A DNA stretch of 64,000 nt from an uncultured Gammaproteobacteria bacterium (lineage in GTDB: Bacteria > Pseudomonadota > Gammaproteobacteria > Eutrophobiales > Eutrophobiaceae). The notes under the pieces were generated by a model that was not told the DNA's origin, ran no database searches, and was given only the letters and a program-made list of their open reading frames with translations. Location of the stretch: the NCBI GenBank assembly GCA_958295485.1, contig OY282354.1, positions 2,083,417-2,147,416 of the forward strand. Direction: 5' to 3'. Positions 1 through 9,682 of this stretch are shown here, piece after piece (position 1 is the first letter of the stretch; every line of letters begins with the position of its first letter). Made by a program: the position numbers and the translations under genes.

Positions 1-1375
1 CCGGCCTGTCAGCGATGAGGTCAGCAGCTGACGCAGGGGACGGAATACCCAATAAAGTAAAATTATAATTTGCCTTCTTTTTTTCGTAACTGTAACGCAG
101 GCCGAGCGTAGCGCGCCATTGCTCCGTGAAGTTATAACTGAATTGCCCAAATACGGCATAGGCCTCTGTCTCGACACTGGTGACATCAGCAATCCCCGTG
201 TCATAAAGTCCGCCGGCTGCCAAAGCTTGACCACCAAAGGGCTGGGCGCCAAACAGGAGTCGAAAGTCCTGCTCCGGTTCCTCAAAAAAGAGAAAAGCGC
301 CCACGAGCCATTCAAATGCCCCGTCATTCGTTGACGCCAACTGAAATTCCTGCAGTATCGACTCTGAACTTTCCGATGGCGCGGAGAATATTAAATTTAA
401 TTCAGAAACATCAAAATCCAGCGCCCAGGTTTGCTCATATTCCCGGTAACTGCTTAGAGACTTGAATTCCATCGCGCCCAAATCCCAAATTATTTCAGCG
501 CCGAAACCAAAATCTTCAAGATCGAGTTGAATTAGCGCATCTCCACTCGATGTCCTGACGTCGGTGCGGGGAAGGGCGCCAAACGCCAAACCGGCGTTCG
601 AGGCAAAAGGCGCCTGGATTTGCGCGGTTTGACCACGACTGCTTTCATCCTTGGTATAGTCACCAAACAAACGGACTGAAAGATTATCCGTCGCATGGAA
701 CAACAATTGCGGACGAAATGAAACCACGTCCGTTTCTTCAGAATCAGCATCAAGAAACGGATTGGTTGCATAGCCGTCATCAAAATTTCCCAGCGCGGCC
801 ACGCGCAGTATCGCCCTGTTTTCCGCCAGCGGGACATTGACGGCGCCACTCACTCGAATTGTCTCCGCATTGCCAGCCGTGAAATCGACATACCCGCCAA
901 ATTCTTCCTCTGGTTGCCTGTGGATGATATCTATAACGCCACCCGTCGCATTACGACCAAACAACGTTCCCTGAGGGCCTTTAATAACTTCAACACGCTC
1001 AATATCATAAAAATCGGTAATCGAACTGACTAACCTGGGGAGATAAACTCCATTCGAGTGTATTGCCACTGACCCTTCCAGGCCCACCGTGATCTGGTCG
1101 GTTCCCACGCCGCGCAGGAACGGTAAACCAAACTGCGCATTTGGCGTAAGTACGAAACCGGGGACGTGAAATTGTAAATCCGTCGTATACTCAATCCCTG
1201 ATTGTCTCAATTGTTCGCCACTCAGCGCATTGATGGTGATAGGAACATCCTGGAGACTCTCAGCTCGCCGTTGTGCCGTAATGACGATTTCTTCCAGTTG
1301 TTGCGCGGTCCCGGCAGGTGGGAGCAGCAGGCCAGCCAAACCAAGAAACAAGTACACTATGCGATTAGTCATCAT
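1..1375 (-). CDS. TonB-dependent receptor, N-terminal part (runs off left edge)
   Basis: Not in the ORF track because it is open to the edge. Manual translation from ATG 1375 (GGAGG RBS at 1379-1383): MMTNRIVYLFLGLAGLLLPPAGTAQQLEEIVITAQRRAESLQDVP...DIERVEVIKGPQGTLFGRNATGGVI, i.e. signal peptide, TonB box and plug-domain signature. Confidence 0.93.
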   Translation of the reverse strand, partial: MMTNRIVYLFLGLAGLLLPPAGTAQQLEEIVITAQRRAESLQDVPITINALSGEQLRQSGIEYTTDLQFHVPGFVLTPNAQFGLPFLRGVGTDQITVGLEGSVAIHSNGVYLPRLVSSITDFYDIERVEVIKGPQGTLFGRNATGGVIDIIHRQPEEEFGGYVDFTAGNAETIRVSGAVNVPLAENRAILRVAALGNFDDGYATNPFLDADSEETDVVSFRPQLLFHATDNLSVRLFGDYTKDESSRGQTAQIQAPFASNAGLAFGALPRTDVRTSSGDALIQLDLEDFGFGAEIIWDLGAMEFKSLSSYREYEQTWALDFDVSELNLIFSAPSESSESILQEFQLASTNDGAFEWLVGAFLFFEEPEQDFRLLFGAQPFGGQALAAGGLYDTGIADVTSVETEAYAVFGQFSYNFTEQWRATLGLRYSYEKKKANYNFTLLGIPSPASAADLIADRP

Positions 1376-1509
1376 AAACCTCCACAGGTATTTCCAGACC
1401 AAGTGATTTAGTTAATCAGTATAATCATTAACAGGGAATTCGGGTAGTATTTTCGATCTGTAACTCCTCCTTGACAGGAGAGGAAAAGGCGATAATGAAT
1501 TATCTGATA

Positions 1510-1537
1510 TATGCGCATAATATATATTATGTTAAAT
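1510..1537. other. dif: dif site (XerC/XerD chromosome dimer resolution site)
   Basis: TATGCGCATAA-TATATA-TTATGTTAAAT versus E. coli dif GGTGCGCATAA-TGTATA-TTATGTTAAAT: 25/28 identical, XerD arm perfect, intergenic location. Confidence 0.92.
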
Positions 1538-1560
1538 AGTGTTTTGTCCCGGCATGGCTA

Positions 1561-1589
1561 TTGACTTTTTTCGGGTTTTTCAGTATAGA
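1561..1589 (+). promoter_or_regulatory. Putative sigma70 promoter for the dipeptidase/amidohydrolase genes
   Basis: TTGACT-N17-TATAGA, about 125 bp upstream of the ATG at 1714. Confidence 0.5.
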
Positions 1590-1713
1590 TTATAAGTTAA
1601 AGCAAAATGACATAACTTGACTGTAATGGACTGTTACCAAAATAAAAATTGATATTCCGGTTTCATCACGGCGAGCCATTTCGTCATGCCGCGCTGGATA
1701 CTGATAAATAATT

Positions 1714-2901
1714 ATGGTGAATAAAAAGTTATCGCGACGCGCCTTTATGCAGGTGAGCTCAGCAGGGCTTGTTGCATTGCCATCCGCCCTGCTATCCCCT
1801 CCCCTGCATGCCCGGATTGGAAAAATTGCGATTGAGGACATGGTCGTCATCAATGCGCTTGGGGGTATATCCAACCAGAACCTCTGGGCCGGAAGCGTGG
1901 GGCATGAAAATGAGAATGTGGGACAGGCAACCCTGAGGCGTATCCGCAGTATTGATCATCGCGCTATCAAAGATACACGCGCTTCCGGCACAACGGCAAT
2001 TAATGTGACCCTGGGTTATGTCGCGGGGCCGGAAGAACCTTATGAATATACGATTGATGACATTGCTGAATGGAATGCCTTGATTCGTCAATATCCGAAT
2101 GATCTACTCAAGGTCTGGACTGTCGATGATATATTGAAAGCCAAAAAAGAAAATAAGACAGGCATTATTTTTGGTTTTCAAAATGCGGAAAGCGTTGGCA
2201 ATAAGCTGGAGCGCGTAGAAACTTTTTCTAATCTCGGGGTAAGAATCATTCAGTTGACTTATAACGATCGTAATCACATTGGTAACGGTAGCGCAATGCC
2301 GGGAAACCGTGGTTTGACCCCATTTGGCTTTGAGGTCATCAAGGCATTGAATAAAAACAGGATATTGATCGACCTGAGTCACAGTAATGAAAAAACTTGT
2401 CTTGATGCCGTCAAGATATCCGGAATGCCAATTACGGTATCCCATACCGGTTGTCGCGCGCTGGTTGATATACCCAGAAATAAAAGTGACGCCGAATTGC
2501 GCCTGGTGGCGCAAAAAGGCGGAGTCGTTGGCATCTACTTCATGCCTTTTCTCAAGGAAGATGGACAAGCCCGCGCGGTCGATGTGGTTCGGCATATTGA
2601 GCATGCCCTTAATGTCTGCGGAGAAGAGCATGTGGGCATAGGGACCGATGGCGACGCCACGACAATAGATGATATGGCGATGTATCGCAGTGCAATAGCC
2701 CGTGAAGTATGGCAACGAAAGCAGGCCGGGATTGGAGCGGCGGGAGAATCGAACCAGGTCATACCACTTATCCCTGACCTGATGGGACCCACGCAGTTTC
2801 AAAAACTGGCTGATATGCTCCATCTGCGCGGCCATTCCAGCGCCAGGATCGAGAAAATACTCGGTGGGAACTTCCTGAGATTGATGCTGGAAGTATGGTA
2901 A
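1714..2901 (+). CDS. Membrane dipeptidase (peptidase M19 family), Tat-exported
   Basis: SRRAFMQ twin-arginine signal; M19 motifs GVRIIQLTYN, IDLSH, SHTGCRAL..PRN, HVGIGTD, KILGGNFLR. Confidence 0.88.
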   Translation: MVNKKLSRRAFMQVSSAGLVALPSALLSPPLHARIGKIAIEDMVVINALGGISNQNLWAGSVGHENENVGQATLRRIRSIDHRAIKDTRASGTTAINVTLGYVAGPEEPYEYTIDDIAEWNALIRQYPNDLLKVWTVDDILKAKKENKTGIIFGFQNAESVGNKLERVETFSNLGVRIIQLTYNDRNHIGNGSAMPGNRGLTPFGFEVIKALNKNRILIDLSHSNEKTCLDAVKISGMPITVSHTGCRALVDIPRNKSDAELRLVAQKGGVVGIYFMPFLKEDGQARAVDVVRHIEHALNVCGEEHVGIGTDGDATTIDDMAMYRSAIAREVWQRKQAGIGAAGESNQVIPLIPDLMGPTQFQKLADMLHLRGHSSARIEKILGGNFLRLMLEVW

Positions 2902-2949
2902 AGCTGGTTTTCAGCTAAAAAATATCTTACTAAATAACGGAGCAATTTA

Positions 2950-4230
2950 ATGAAACACTTGTTGACTTTGGTTTTTCTATTATCAAGCGCCACTGCCTTG
3001 GCGGATAGTTACGTGATTCATGCCAAGGCATTGTTTGATAGTGTCTCTGGTCAAGTTCTTGAAGAACAGAGCATTCGCGTGGCTGATGGGAAAATCATCT
3101 CGGTTGCAGCTGGTTATAAAGATGTTACAGCCGATGAGAAGTTGATCGATTTGCGCGATTCCACCGTCATGCCGGGATTAATGGATATGCATGTACACCT
3201 GGATATGGAACTTGACCCAAAGTCATATTCGGAAAAGTATACGCTCAACCCGGCTGATCGCGCCTTCAGGTCAACGGTATACGCCCGGCGTACATTGCAA
3301 GCCGGGTTTACGACCGTGCGCAATACCGGGGACACTGACAATGTTACCATCTCCCTGCGCAACGCGATTGAACAAGGACTGGTAGACGGCCCGCGCATAT
3401 TTACCGCAGGAAAGGGCATTTCCGTGACCGGTGGTCATATGGATCCTACCAGTGGAAATAGTTATGATCTGATGGGTGATCCCGGTCCGGCAGATGGCGT
3501 GGTTAACGGACCTTTTGAAGCGCGTAAGGCGGTGCGCCAGCGTTATAAAGATGGCGCTGATGTGATTAAGCTGACTGCCACGGGAGGTATGCTAAGCAGG
3601 ACAAAAAATGGTCAGGCCCCGCATTTCGCCATGGATGAGATTGAAGCGATTGTGGAGACCGCCAGGGATTATGGCATGGTCGTGGCTGCGCATGCCCATG
3701 GCGCTGAGGGAATCAAGCGAGCTATACGCGCCGGCGTCGATTCCATCGAACATGGCACTGAGCTGGATGATGAAGGAATACGCCTGATGAAGAAGCACGA
3801 TACTTACCTGGTGCCGACAATGATGGCGCCGGATTTTGCTGTACAACAAGCGCGAATTGATGGTTTTTTTCCGAAAATCGTACAGGCAAAAATAAGTGTA
3901 TTTGAGCAAATTGTTCCCGCCATGGTGAATAAAGCCTATAAGAGTGTTGTCAACATTGCCTTTGGCACTGACAGTGGAGTGACGCCCCATGGGAAGAATG
4001 GAAAGGAGTTTGTCTTATTGGCAGGAGCCGGGATGAAGCCGGAGCATGCCTTGCAAGCAGCGACGATCAACGCAGCGAGGTTACTCAGAATTGAAGGTGA
4101 AGCGGGCAGTATTGAAGCTGGAAAACGAGCGGATGTCATTGCAGTAAAAGGTGACCCTCTAACAGACATCAGCCTGATGCAGAATGTCAACTTCGTCATG
4201 AAGCAGGGCAAAATCCATAAACAGGAATAA
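2950..4230 (+). CDS. Secreted metal-dependent amidohydrolase (Xaa-Pro dipeptidase/prolidase-like)
   Basis: Sec signal; PGLMDMHVH metal motif, AAHAHG, SIEHG, IAFGTDSG, GSIEAGKRADVI. Confidence 0.88.
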   Translation: MKHLLTLVFLLSSATALADSYVIHAKALFDSVSGQVLEEQSIRVADGKIISVAAGYKDVTADEKLIDLRDSTVMPGLMDMHVHLDMELDPKSYSEKYTLNPADRAFRSTVYARRTLQAGFTTVRNTGDTDNVTISLRNAIEQGLVDGPRIFTAGKGISVTGGHMDPTSGNSYDLMGDPGPADGVVNGPFEARKAVRQRYKDGADVIKLTATGGMLSRTKNGQAPHFAMDEIEAIVETARDYGMVVAAHAHGAEGIKRAIRAGVDSIEHGTELDDEGIRLMKKHDTYLVPTMMAPDFAVQQARIDGFFPKIVQAKISVFEQIVPAMVNKAYKSVVNIAFGTDSGVTPHGKNGKEFVLLAGAGMKPEHALQAATINAARLLRIEGEAGSIEAGKRADVIAVKGDPLTDISLMQNVNFVMKQGKIHKQE

Positions 4231-4244
4231 GCCAAACATGGTGA

Positions 4245-4961
4245 TTAACCGGCGTGAAAGGCCCCTTCCAATGCTACTTCTATCATTGGGTCCAGGCTGG
4301 TCCGGCGCTCTTCAGCAGACAGTCCTTTAGGGGCGCGTACCTCATCAGTGACGGTGCAAAGCGCAACCGCTTTGGCGCCATATTCGGCGGCCACGCCATA
4401 AATGCCCGCCACATCCATCTCCACTACGGGGATATTCAATCTTTCCATGATGTCCCACATCTCGCTGCCCGGAGGCGGATAAAATAAATCCGACGAGAAG
4501 ATATTCGCTACATGGAACCGGACGCCCTTCATCCTTGCAGCCGTTACGACATTCTCCAGCAGTTCATAATCAGCCAGGGCGGCGAAGTCAAAACCATTAA
4601 ACCGGACCCGATTTACCCCGGAGTCAGTGGAAGCCCCCAGCGCGATGACAATATCCCCCAGCTTGACTGACGCGGCAACCGTCCCACAGTTTCCCACGCG
4701 AATAATGCGTTTTACGCCATATTCGATGATCAATTCGGCACAGTAAACTGAGGCTGAGGGTATCCCTGTGTCATGAGCTATCACAGAAATCTTCTTCCCC
4801 TTGTAGGCGCCGGTGAAACCCAGCATGTTTCTGACATCCGTGATTTGTCCGGCGCCGCTCATATATTTCTCTGCAATATATTTCGCTCGCAGTGAGTCGC
4901 CGGGCATGAGTACTGTTTCGGCAAAATCACCCGGCTGCGCGTTAAAAATATTCGCGGTCAT
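4245..4961 (-). CDS. deoD: Hexameric purine nucleoside phosphorylase, DeoD-like, with an altered ribose pocket
   Basis: Colinear with E. coli DeoD (GDFA.VLMPGD.LRAKYIA, MLGFTG.YKG.KISV, IIRVG.CG, DLFY, VEM..AGIYGVAAE.GAKA); several active-site substitutions (see findings). Confidence 0.85.
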   Translation of the reverse strand: MTANIFNAQPGDFAETVLMPGDSLRAKYIAEKYMSGAGQITDVRNMLGFTGAYKGKKISVIAHDTGIPSASVYCAELIIEYGVKRIIRVGNCGTVAASVKLGDIVIALGASTDSGVNRVRFNGFDFAALADYELLENVVTAARMKGVRFHVANIFSSDLFYPPPGSEMWDIMERLNIPVVEMDVAGIYGVAAEYGAKAVALCTVTDEVRAPKGLSAEERRTSLDPMIEVALEGAFHAG

Positions 4962-5132
4962 GCCTCAACGCTATTGGCCAACGTTATTGAGATGCCCTGG
5001 TGGACATATCTTCAATAGCAGCCGGAAAGAGTGTAACGGGCCTTCGCCGGGTTTTGTCCCGTTGTACATTGTTGCGCTAACGGTATCGGCCAACTTGCCC
5101 GTGGACAGCGCCGGCTGGATATTGTTCAGCCA

Positions 5133-5186
5133 TTACCTTATTCCTTCATAGACGATATTGCCGTCCAGGAGCGTTATCAGCGCGCC
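5133..5186 (-). pseudogene. Possible C-terminal remnant of an amidohydrolase
   Basis: Minus strand reads ITLLDGNIVYEGIR*, resembling the terminal T..DG.IVY strand of amidohydrolase-3 proteins; very short. Confidence 0.3.
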
Positions 5187-5221
5187 TTCATTGTAGAACG
5201 AACGGAATCGAAAACCTGGAT

Positions 5222-7501
5222 TTACTTCCAGCTATAGGATATCGTGCCGCCGGCCCAGCGCGGGTTGGCGTAAGCGTTATTGCCAATCGATAAAGTACTG
5301 ATGTCCAGCGAATAGAGACGATATGCCGTATCACTCACGTTATTGACAAAAGCGGCCAGCTTCCAGCGTTCATCTCCTGTTGTATAACTGACGCGGAAAT
5401 TCCCAATCACATAAGAATCTTCCTGGTCCAGCGGCGCGCACAGCGCGCTGAAACAGAAGTCATCCGAATAGTTGAAATCACCCTGTATCGCCATAGCGCC
5501 GCCAAATGCCGGCCATTCATACCGGGCCAGCCCATTCAGGCTGACTGTCGGGGCATACGGCAAGTCATTATCAACCAAACGGCCACTGGGCAGGAGAACG
5601 TCTTTCACTTCACTATCCATGAATGACGCGCCAAAACGGAAACTCAAGCGGTCCGTAGGCGCCAAGGCCAATTCAACCTCGCCACCGACTGCTTCCGCAT
5701 CCAGGTTGATAATGGACAAGGCAGCCGGTATCACACCCGGGATAACGATAAAAGCCTGGTAGTCCTGGTAATCGTAATAAAAGGCGCTGGCATTCAACTG
5801 TGCCCGTCCATCCAGTAAAGTGGTCTTGATACCCATTTCCCAGCTGTGCAACACTTCTTCATCATGTGGAAATGTTGGAATGGGGGTAGTTGGATTGCCT
5901 CCTGCCGGAACTCGCGACGCGCCGGCTTTGTGACCTCGGTTGAAACTGGCAAAGATCAAGGTATCATCGGTCGGCCGCCAGTCGATTTCGAATTTGGCGG
6001 AAACATTTTCAAAATTCTGGTCAAACAGGTCAAAATCCGGATCAGTCGACAGGTCAAACGGGACAGTGAGCGTGAACCCAAGGCCCGTAACGTTTCCACC
6101 AAGAACATCCGCTGATTCGAAGACCGTATCCTTCTTATCTTCCGTGTAGCGCAAGGCGGCAATCACGCTCCAGTTTTCATTCAAGTCATATTCAAGGTGG
6201 CCGAATATCGCCCAGGATTTAGTCTCTACACTATTGGTCGTCGGTCCTGAGATATAATTAGCGGGTTCGCCGAAGGAAAAAGTCGGGGAGGTAAAAGGCA
6301 GATCTAAAAAGTAATTAAGGTTCCCGGCATGTTCGATATCCAGGTAATAAAACCCCGTAGTCCAACGCAGGTTCTCACCTGCGGCGCTGCTTAACCTCAG
6401 TTCCTGTGAGAATTGTTCAAAATCCTGGTCGGTAATAAAGACGAAAACAGGATTGGGAGAACCATCCGTGTCTTCACCATAGTTTTTATTCATCTGCAGG
6501 TAATCAGTGACGGACGTCAGGGTGACAGCGCCAATATCCCAGGTCAACTTACCGGTAATGCCGGCAATTGCCCGGCGAAATTCCCCGGTGTAATCATAGG
6601 AACCGGTGAAGGGGTCGTCATCGGGATCCCTGTAACCAAAAAAATCACATCCCGGGCAAAAACCATTAACCAGGGAATCGGGGCCGATCTCATAACCGAG
6701 GCCATCTTCATCCGCCGAAATGGGCGTATGCGTGTAAGCATTGCCTTGGTCGTCATCATCATTGGCGTAATGCACTTTCAGGTTCACAGTCACGTCCTCG
6801 CTGGCGCGATATTCCAACTGGCCGCGTAAGGCATAGTGTTCACTGCCCCGGACGTCTGGTCCAATTCGATTCTCCCCTACCCCATCATGAAAATTACCGG
6901 CGAAAGAGACCCGCGCCAGGAGATTGTCGGTCAGCGCGCCGCTGAGCGCGCCTTCAAATTTCTTTTGATCGTAAGAGCCATAGGTAAATTCAGCATAGCC
7001 TTCAAACTCCTCCGTCGGTTTCGCAGTGATAAAATGCATCAGTCCACCCGTTGCATTCCTGCCAAACAAAGTCCCCTGCGGCCCGCGTAACACTTCCACG
7101 CGTTGCAAATCAAATAATTGCGCGTGTCCGGCGCCCATGGCGCTGACATAGGCCTCATCAACATACATGGCTATCGGGGGCTCAAGCTGATCGGCAAAAT
7201 CATTCTGCGAGATTCCACGGATCACAGTCGTCGTCAAGGTGGGATGAAACTGGATGATATTCAAGGCAGGCGTTTGCGCGGCGATATCGATGGTATTCGT
7301 GTAACCCAATTCCCGGATTTGATTGCCGCTGAAAGCCGTAACGGAAATGCCCACGTCTTGCAGACTCTGCTCGCGCTTTTGCGCCGTCACCACGATTTCT
7401 TCAAGCACTACCGCCTGGGCAGGCAAGCCGACAATCCCCACGGCAAACAGGACCCATGTCATGAATTTTATTGTTGTTGATACATAAAGCCGTAGCGTCA
7501 T
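5222..7501 (-). CDS. TonB-dependent receptor
   Basis: Likely start ATG 7501 after a G-rich RBS; LEEIVVTAQKREQSLQDV TonB box, RVEVLRGPQGTLFGRNATGG, aromatic C-terminal strand ISYSWK. Confidence 0.95.
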   Translation of the reverse strand: MTLRLYVSTTIKFMTWVLFAVGIVGLPAQAVVLEEIVVTAQKREQSLQDVGISVTAFSGNQIRELGYTNTIDIAAQTPALNIIQFHPTLTTTVIRGISQNDFADQLEPPIAMYVDEAYVSAMGAGHAQLFDLQRVEVLRGPQGTLFGRNATGGLMHFITAKPTEEFEGYAEFTYGSYDQKKFEGALSGALTDNLLARVSFAGNFHDGVGENRIGPDVRGSEHYALRGQLEYRASEDVTVNLKVHYANDDDDQGNAYTHTPISADEDGLGYEIGPDSLVNGFCPGCDFFGYRDPDDDPFTGSYDYTGEFRRAIAGITGKLTWDIGAVTLTSVTDYLQMNKNYGEDTDGSPNPVFVFITDQDFEQFSQELRLSSAAGENLRWTTGFYYLDIEHAGNLNYFLDLPFTSPTFSFGEPANYISGPTTNSVETKSWAIFGHLEYDLNENWSVIAALRYTEDKKDTVFESADVLGGNVTGLGFTLTVPFDLSTDPDFDLFDQNFENVSAKFEIDWRPTDDTLIFASFNRGHKAGASRVPAGGNPTTPIPTFPHDEEVLHSWEMGIKTTLLDGRAQLNASAFYYDYQDYQAFIVIPGVIPAALSIINLDAEAVGGEVELALAPTDRLSFRFGASFMDSEVKDVLLPSGRLVDNDLPYAPTVSLNGLARYEWPAFGGAMAIQGDFNYSDDFCFSALCAPLDQEDSYVIGNFRVSYTTGDERWKLAAFVNNVSDTAYRLYSLDISTLSIGNNAYANPRWAGGTISYSWK

Positions 7502-7564
7502 GATGTCGATTCCCCCCGAATATTTTTCTCGGAATTCCGAGCCTGGTCTGTTAAACTCTATAAT

Positions 7565-7598
7565 GTGCGTAATGCGCACTATGGAACGATATACGTTC
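7565..7598. promoter_or_regulatory. Candidate IclR (PcaR-type) operator palindromes in the divergent TBDR/spdH-like promoter
   Basis: GTGCG-TAATG-CGCAC (7565-7579) followed by GAACG-ATATA-CGTTC (7584-7598); the first resembles the GTNCG-N5-CGNAC boxes of PcaR/PobR-type IclR regulators. Confidence 0.55.
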
Positions 7599-7685
7599 AT
7601 ATACATTAAGTGATCTCAGTTTTGATGTCAAGAAAAAAGACGTGCTGTTGCAGACAAACAACACTCAAGGTGAGAATTAATAACT

Positions 7686-9653
7686 ATGGCTAAATACAGA
7701 AAAAATGATGATCCCGATGAATCAGGTCTGAATGCGGCTATTACCCGTCGTGACTTTATCAATACGAGTTTGATCGGCAGTGGCGCAGCCCTGTTGTCAA
7801 TGAACGCGCCCGGGTTGTTGCAATCGGCCAACGCCCAGGCGCGGTTGGCTACCCTGGACAAAGACTGGAACGGTTATGGCGGGGTGGGAGATTATGCCCG
7901 ATCCAACGGCAACACGGCCGAGGTGGTTAACGCCGCCCACGATATTCGCGATCGGCAATATAGTTTCACCGCGGACAGTATCAATGACACGGGGGAGATT
8001 TTTGATATGGTCGTTGTGGGCGGCGGCTTTGGCGGTCTGGGCGCCGCCTATACCTTCATGCAGGAAGCAGGTAAAAACCAACGTTGCCTTATCCTGGACA
8101 ACCACGCCATTTTCGGCGGTGAAGCCAAGCAAAATGAATTTGATGTAGATGGTACGCATCTCACGGCCCCGCAAGGTTCCAATGGCATGGTATGGCCGCC
8201 AAAGTATGCCGAAAAATACGATTTGTTTCACCGATATTGGCATGAACTTGGCTTGCCGACAGAATTTACCTTCCAGGAAGTCACAGGCAGTCAACCTGGT
8301 TTAGCCGTGCCGGAAGACCACTATACATCCATGTACAGTGATCGAGGCGCCGCCACCACCGGTTATTTCTTCGACAATGATCAAGGTGGTGAATGGGTCG
8401 TAGACCCCTGGAGCAATGACTTCAAAGAAGCGCCATTAACAGAAAAAGTGCGACAAGACTTGATACGCCTTGAAAACTACTATGACGCGCCGCCGAAGGA
8501 AAACTGGGAGGCGTGGTTGGATTCCATGACCTATCGGGATTTCATTATCAAGGAACTCAATTGTTCACCCGAAGTAATGCCCTTTGTTGATAAGGCCTTC
8601 GCTGCTGCCGGCGGTGGATTAGGTGGCGACCAGGTTTCTGCTTATACCGGGTTTGAATTTTATCTGCCTGGCGTCCGAGCTTATACGGATCGATTTTATG
8701 TAGCGCGAAATATTGATCCCGGCGATATTGAAAAAATTTTTCTGGTCAGCTGGCCGGGGGGCAATACCGGCACTGCGCGGCATTTTGTCAAGGCCATGAT
8801 CCCCGATGCCATCGCCGGCGGTCAAAGTTTACGCGCGGTGTTGTGGGGCAAAGTCAATTGGCAGGCTTTGGATCGGCCCGGCCAACAAATGCGCATTCGT
8901 CTGGAATCCACGGCCGTGCATATAGAGCACCAGGGAAAACCGGGCAATGCCGACTACGTGAACGTGACCTACCACAAAGGCGGCAAGCTGTTCCGTATCA
9001 AGGCCCGCTCAGTGGTCATGGCCAGTGGCGGCTGGGTGAATAAATATATCTTGCGCGACTTGCCCAAGTCGCATAAAGAGGCCTACCAGCAATTTTATCA
9101 TGCCCCTATCCTGACAGTGAACGTCGCCGTGCGTAATTGGCAGTTTATGGAACGCCTGGGGATCTCAGCAGCCCAATGGTTTAGTGGTTTCGGCTGGTAT
9201 ACCAACCTGCGCCGACAACCGATCATTGAGGGAAAAGTGGACCCGTTGGATCCCGGCAAGCCTACGGTACTGACATTTTATGTGCCTTATCTTAATACGG
9301 GGATGCCGCTACAGGCGCAGACGATTGTCGGCCGTAATCAATTATTCGCCAGCAGCTATCGCGACATTGAAATCCAGGTAAGAAAACAGATGCAAAAATT
9401 GTTCGGGATGGCCGGGTTCGATGGGAAACGGGATATTGCCGGGATCATCCTCAATCGCTGGGGTCATGCGTATATTGCGCCCCAGCCGGGATTTTACTTT
9501 GGGAAAAACGGTATGCCGGCGCCGCGGGAAGTGATCCGGCAGGGTTACGGTCGTATCGCCTTTGGCCACTCTGAGCTGTCCGGCCAGCAACTCTGGTCAC
9601 GCGGCGTGGAAGAAGGTGAGCGGGCCGCGAAACAGGCGCTGGGCCTGATTTAG
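7686..9653 (+). CDS. spdH: Tat-exported FAD oxidoreductase, spermidine dehydrogenase (SpdH)-like
   Basis: ITRRDFIN Tat motif; DMVVVGGGFGGLGAA Rossmann motif; LDNHAIFGGEAKQNEF, PGGNTG.ARH and DIAGIILNRWGHAY match the Pseudomonas SpdH pattern as recalled. Confidence 0.75.
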   Translation: MAKYRKNDDPDESGLNAAITRRDFINTSLIGSGAALLSMNAPGLLQSANAQARLATLDKDWNGYGGVGDYARSNGNTAEVVNAAHDIRDRQYSFTADSINDTGEIFDMVVVGGGFGGLGAAYTFMQEAGKNQRCLILDNHAIFGGEAKQNEFDVDGTHLTAPQGSNGMVWPPKYAEKYDLFHRYWHELGLPTEFTFQEVTGSQPGLAVPEDHYTSMYSDRGAATTGYFFDNDQGGEWVVDPWSNDFKEAPLTEKVRQDLIRLENYYDAPPKENWEAWLDSMTYRDFIIKELNCSPEVMPFVDKAFAAAGGGLGGDQVSAYTGFEFYLPGVRAYTDRFYVARNIDPGDIEKIFLVSWPGGNTGTARHFVKAMIPDAIAGGQSLRAVLWGKVNWQALDRPGQQMRIRLESTAVHIEHQGKPGNADYVNVTYHKGGKLFRIKARSVVMASGGWVNKYILRDLPKSHKEAYQQFYHAPILTVNVAVRNWQFMERLGISAAQWFSGFGWYTNLRRQPIIEGKVDPLDPGKPTVLTFYVPYLNTGMPLQAQTIVGRNQLFASSYRDIEIQVRKQMQKLFGMAGFDGKRDIAGIILNRWGHAYIAPQPGFYFGKNGMPAPREVIRQGYGRIAFGHSELSGQQLWSRGVEEGERAAKQALGLI

Positions 9654-9682
9654 TTATTTATTGACCAGGTTCACTCGTCCCC

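Noticed and set aside
1538..4230. Xer-integrated phage or IMEX next to dif
   Set aside because: No replication, phage or second dif-like sequence is seen on this side of the site.
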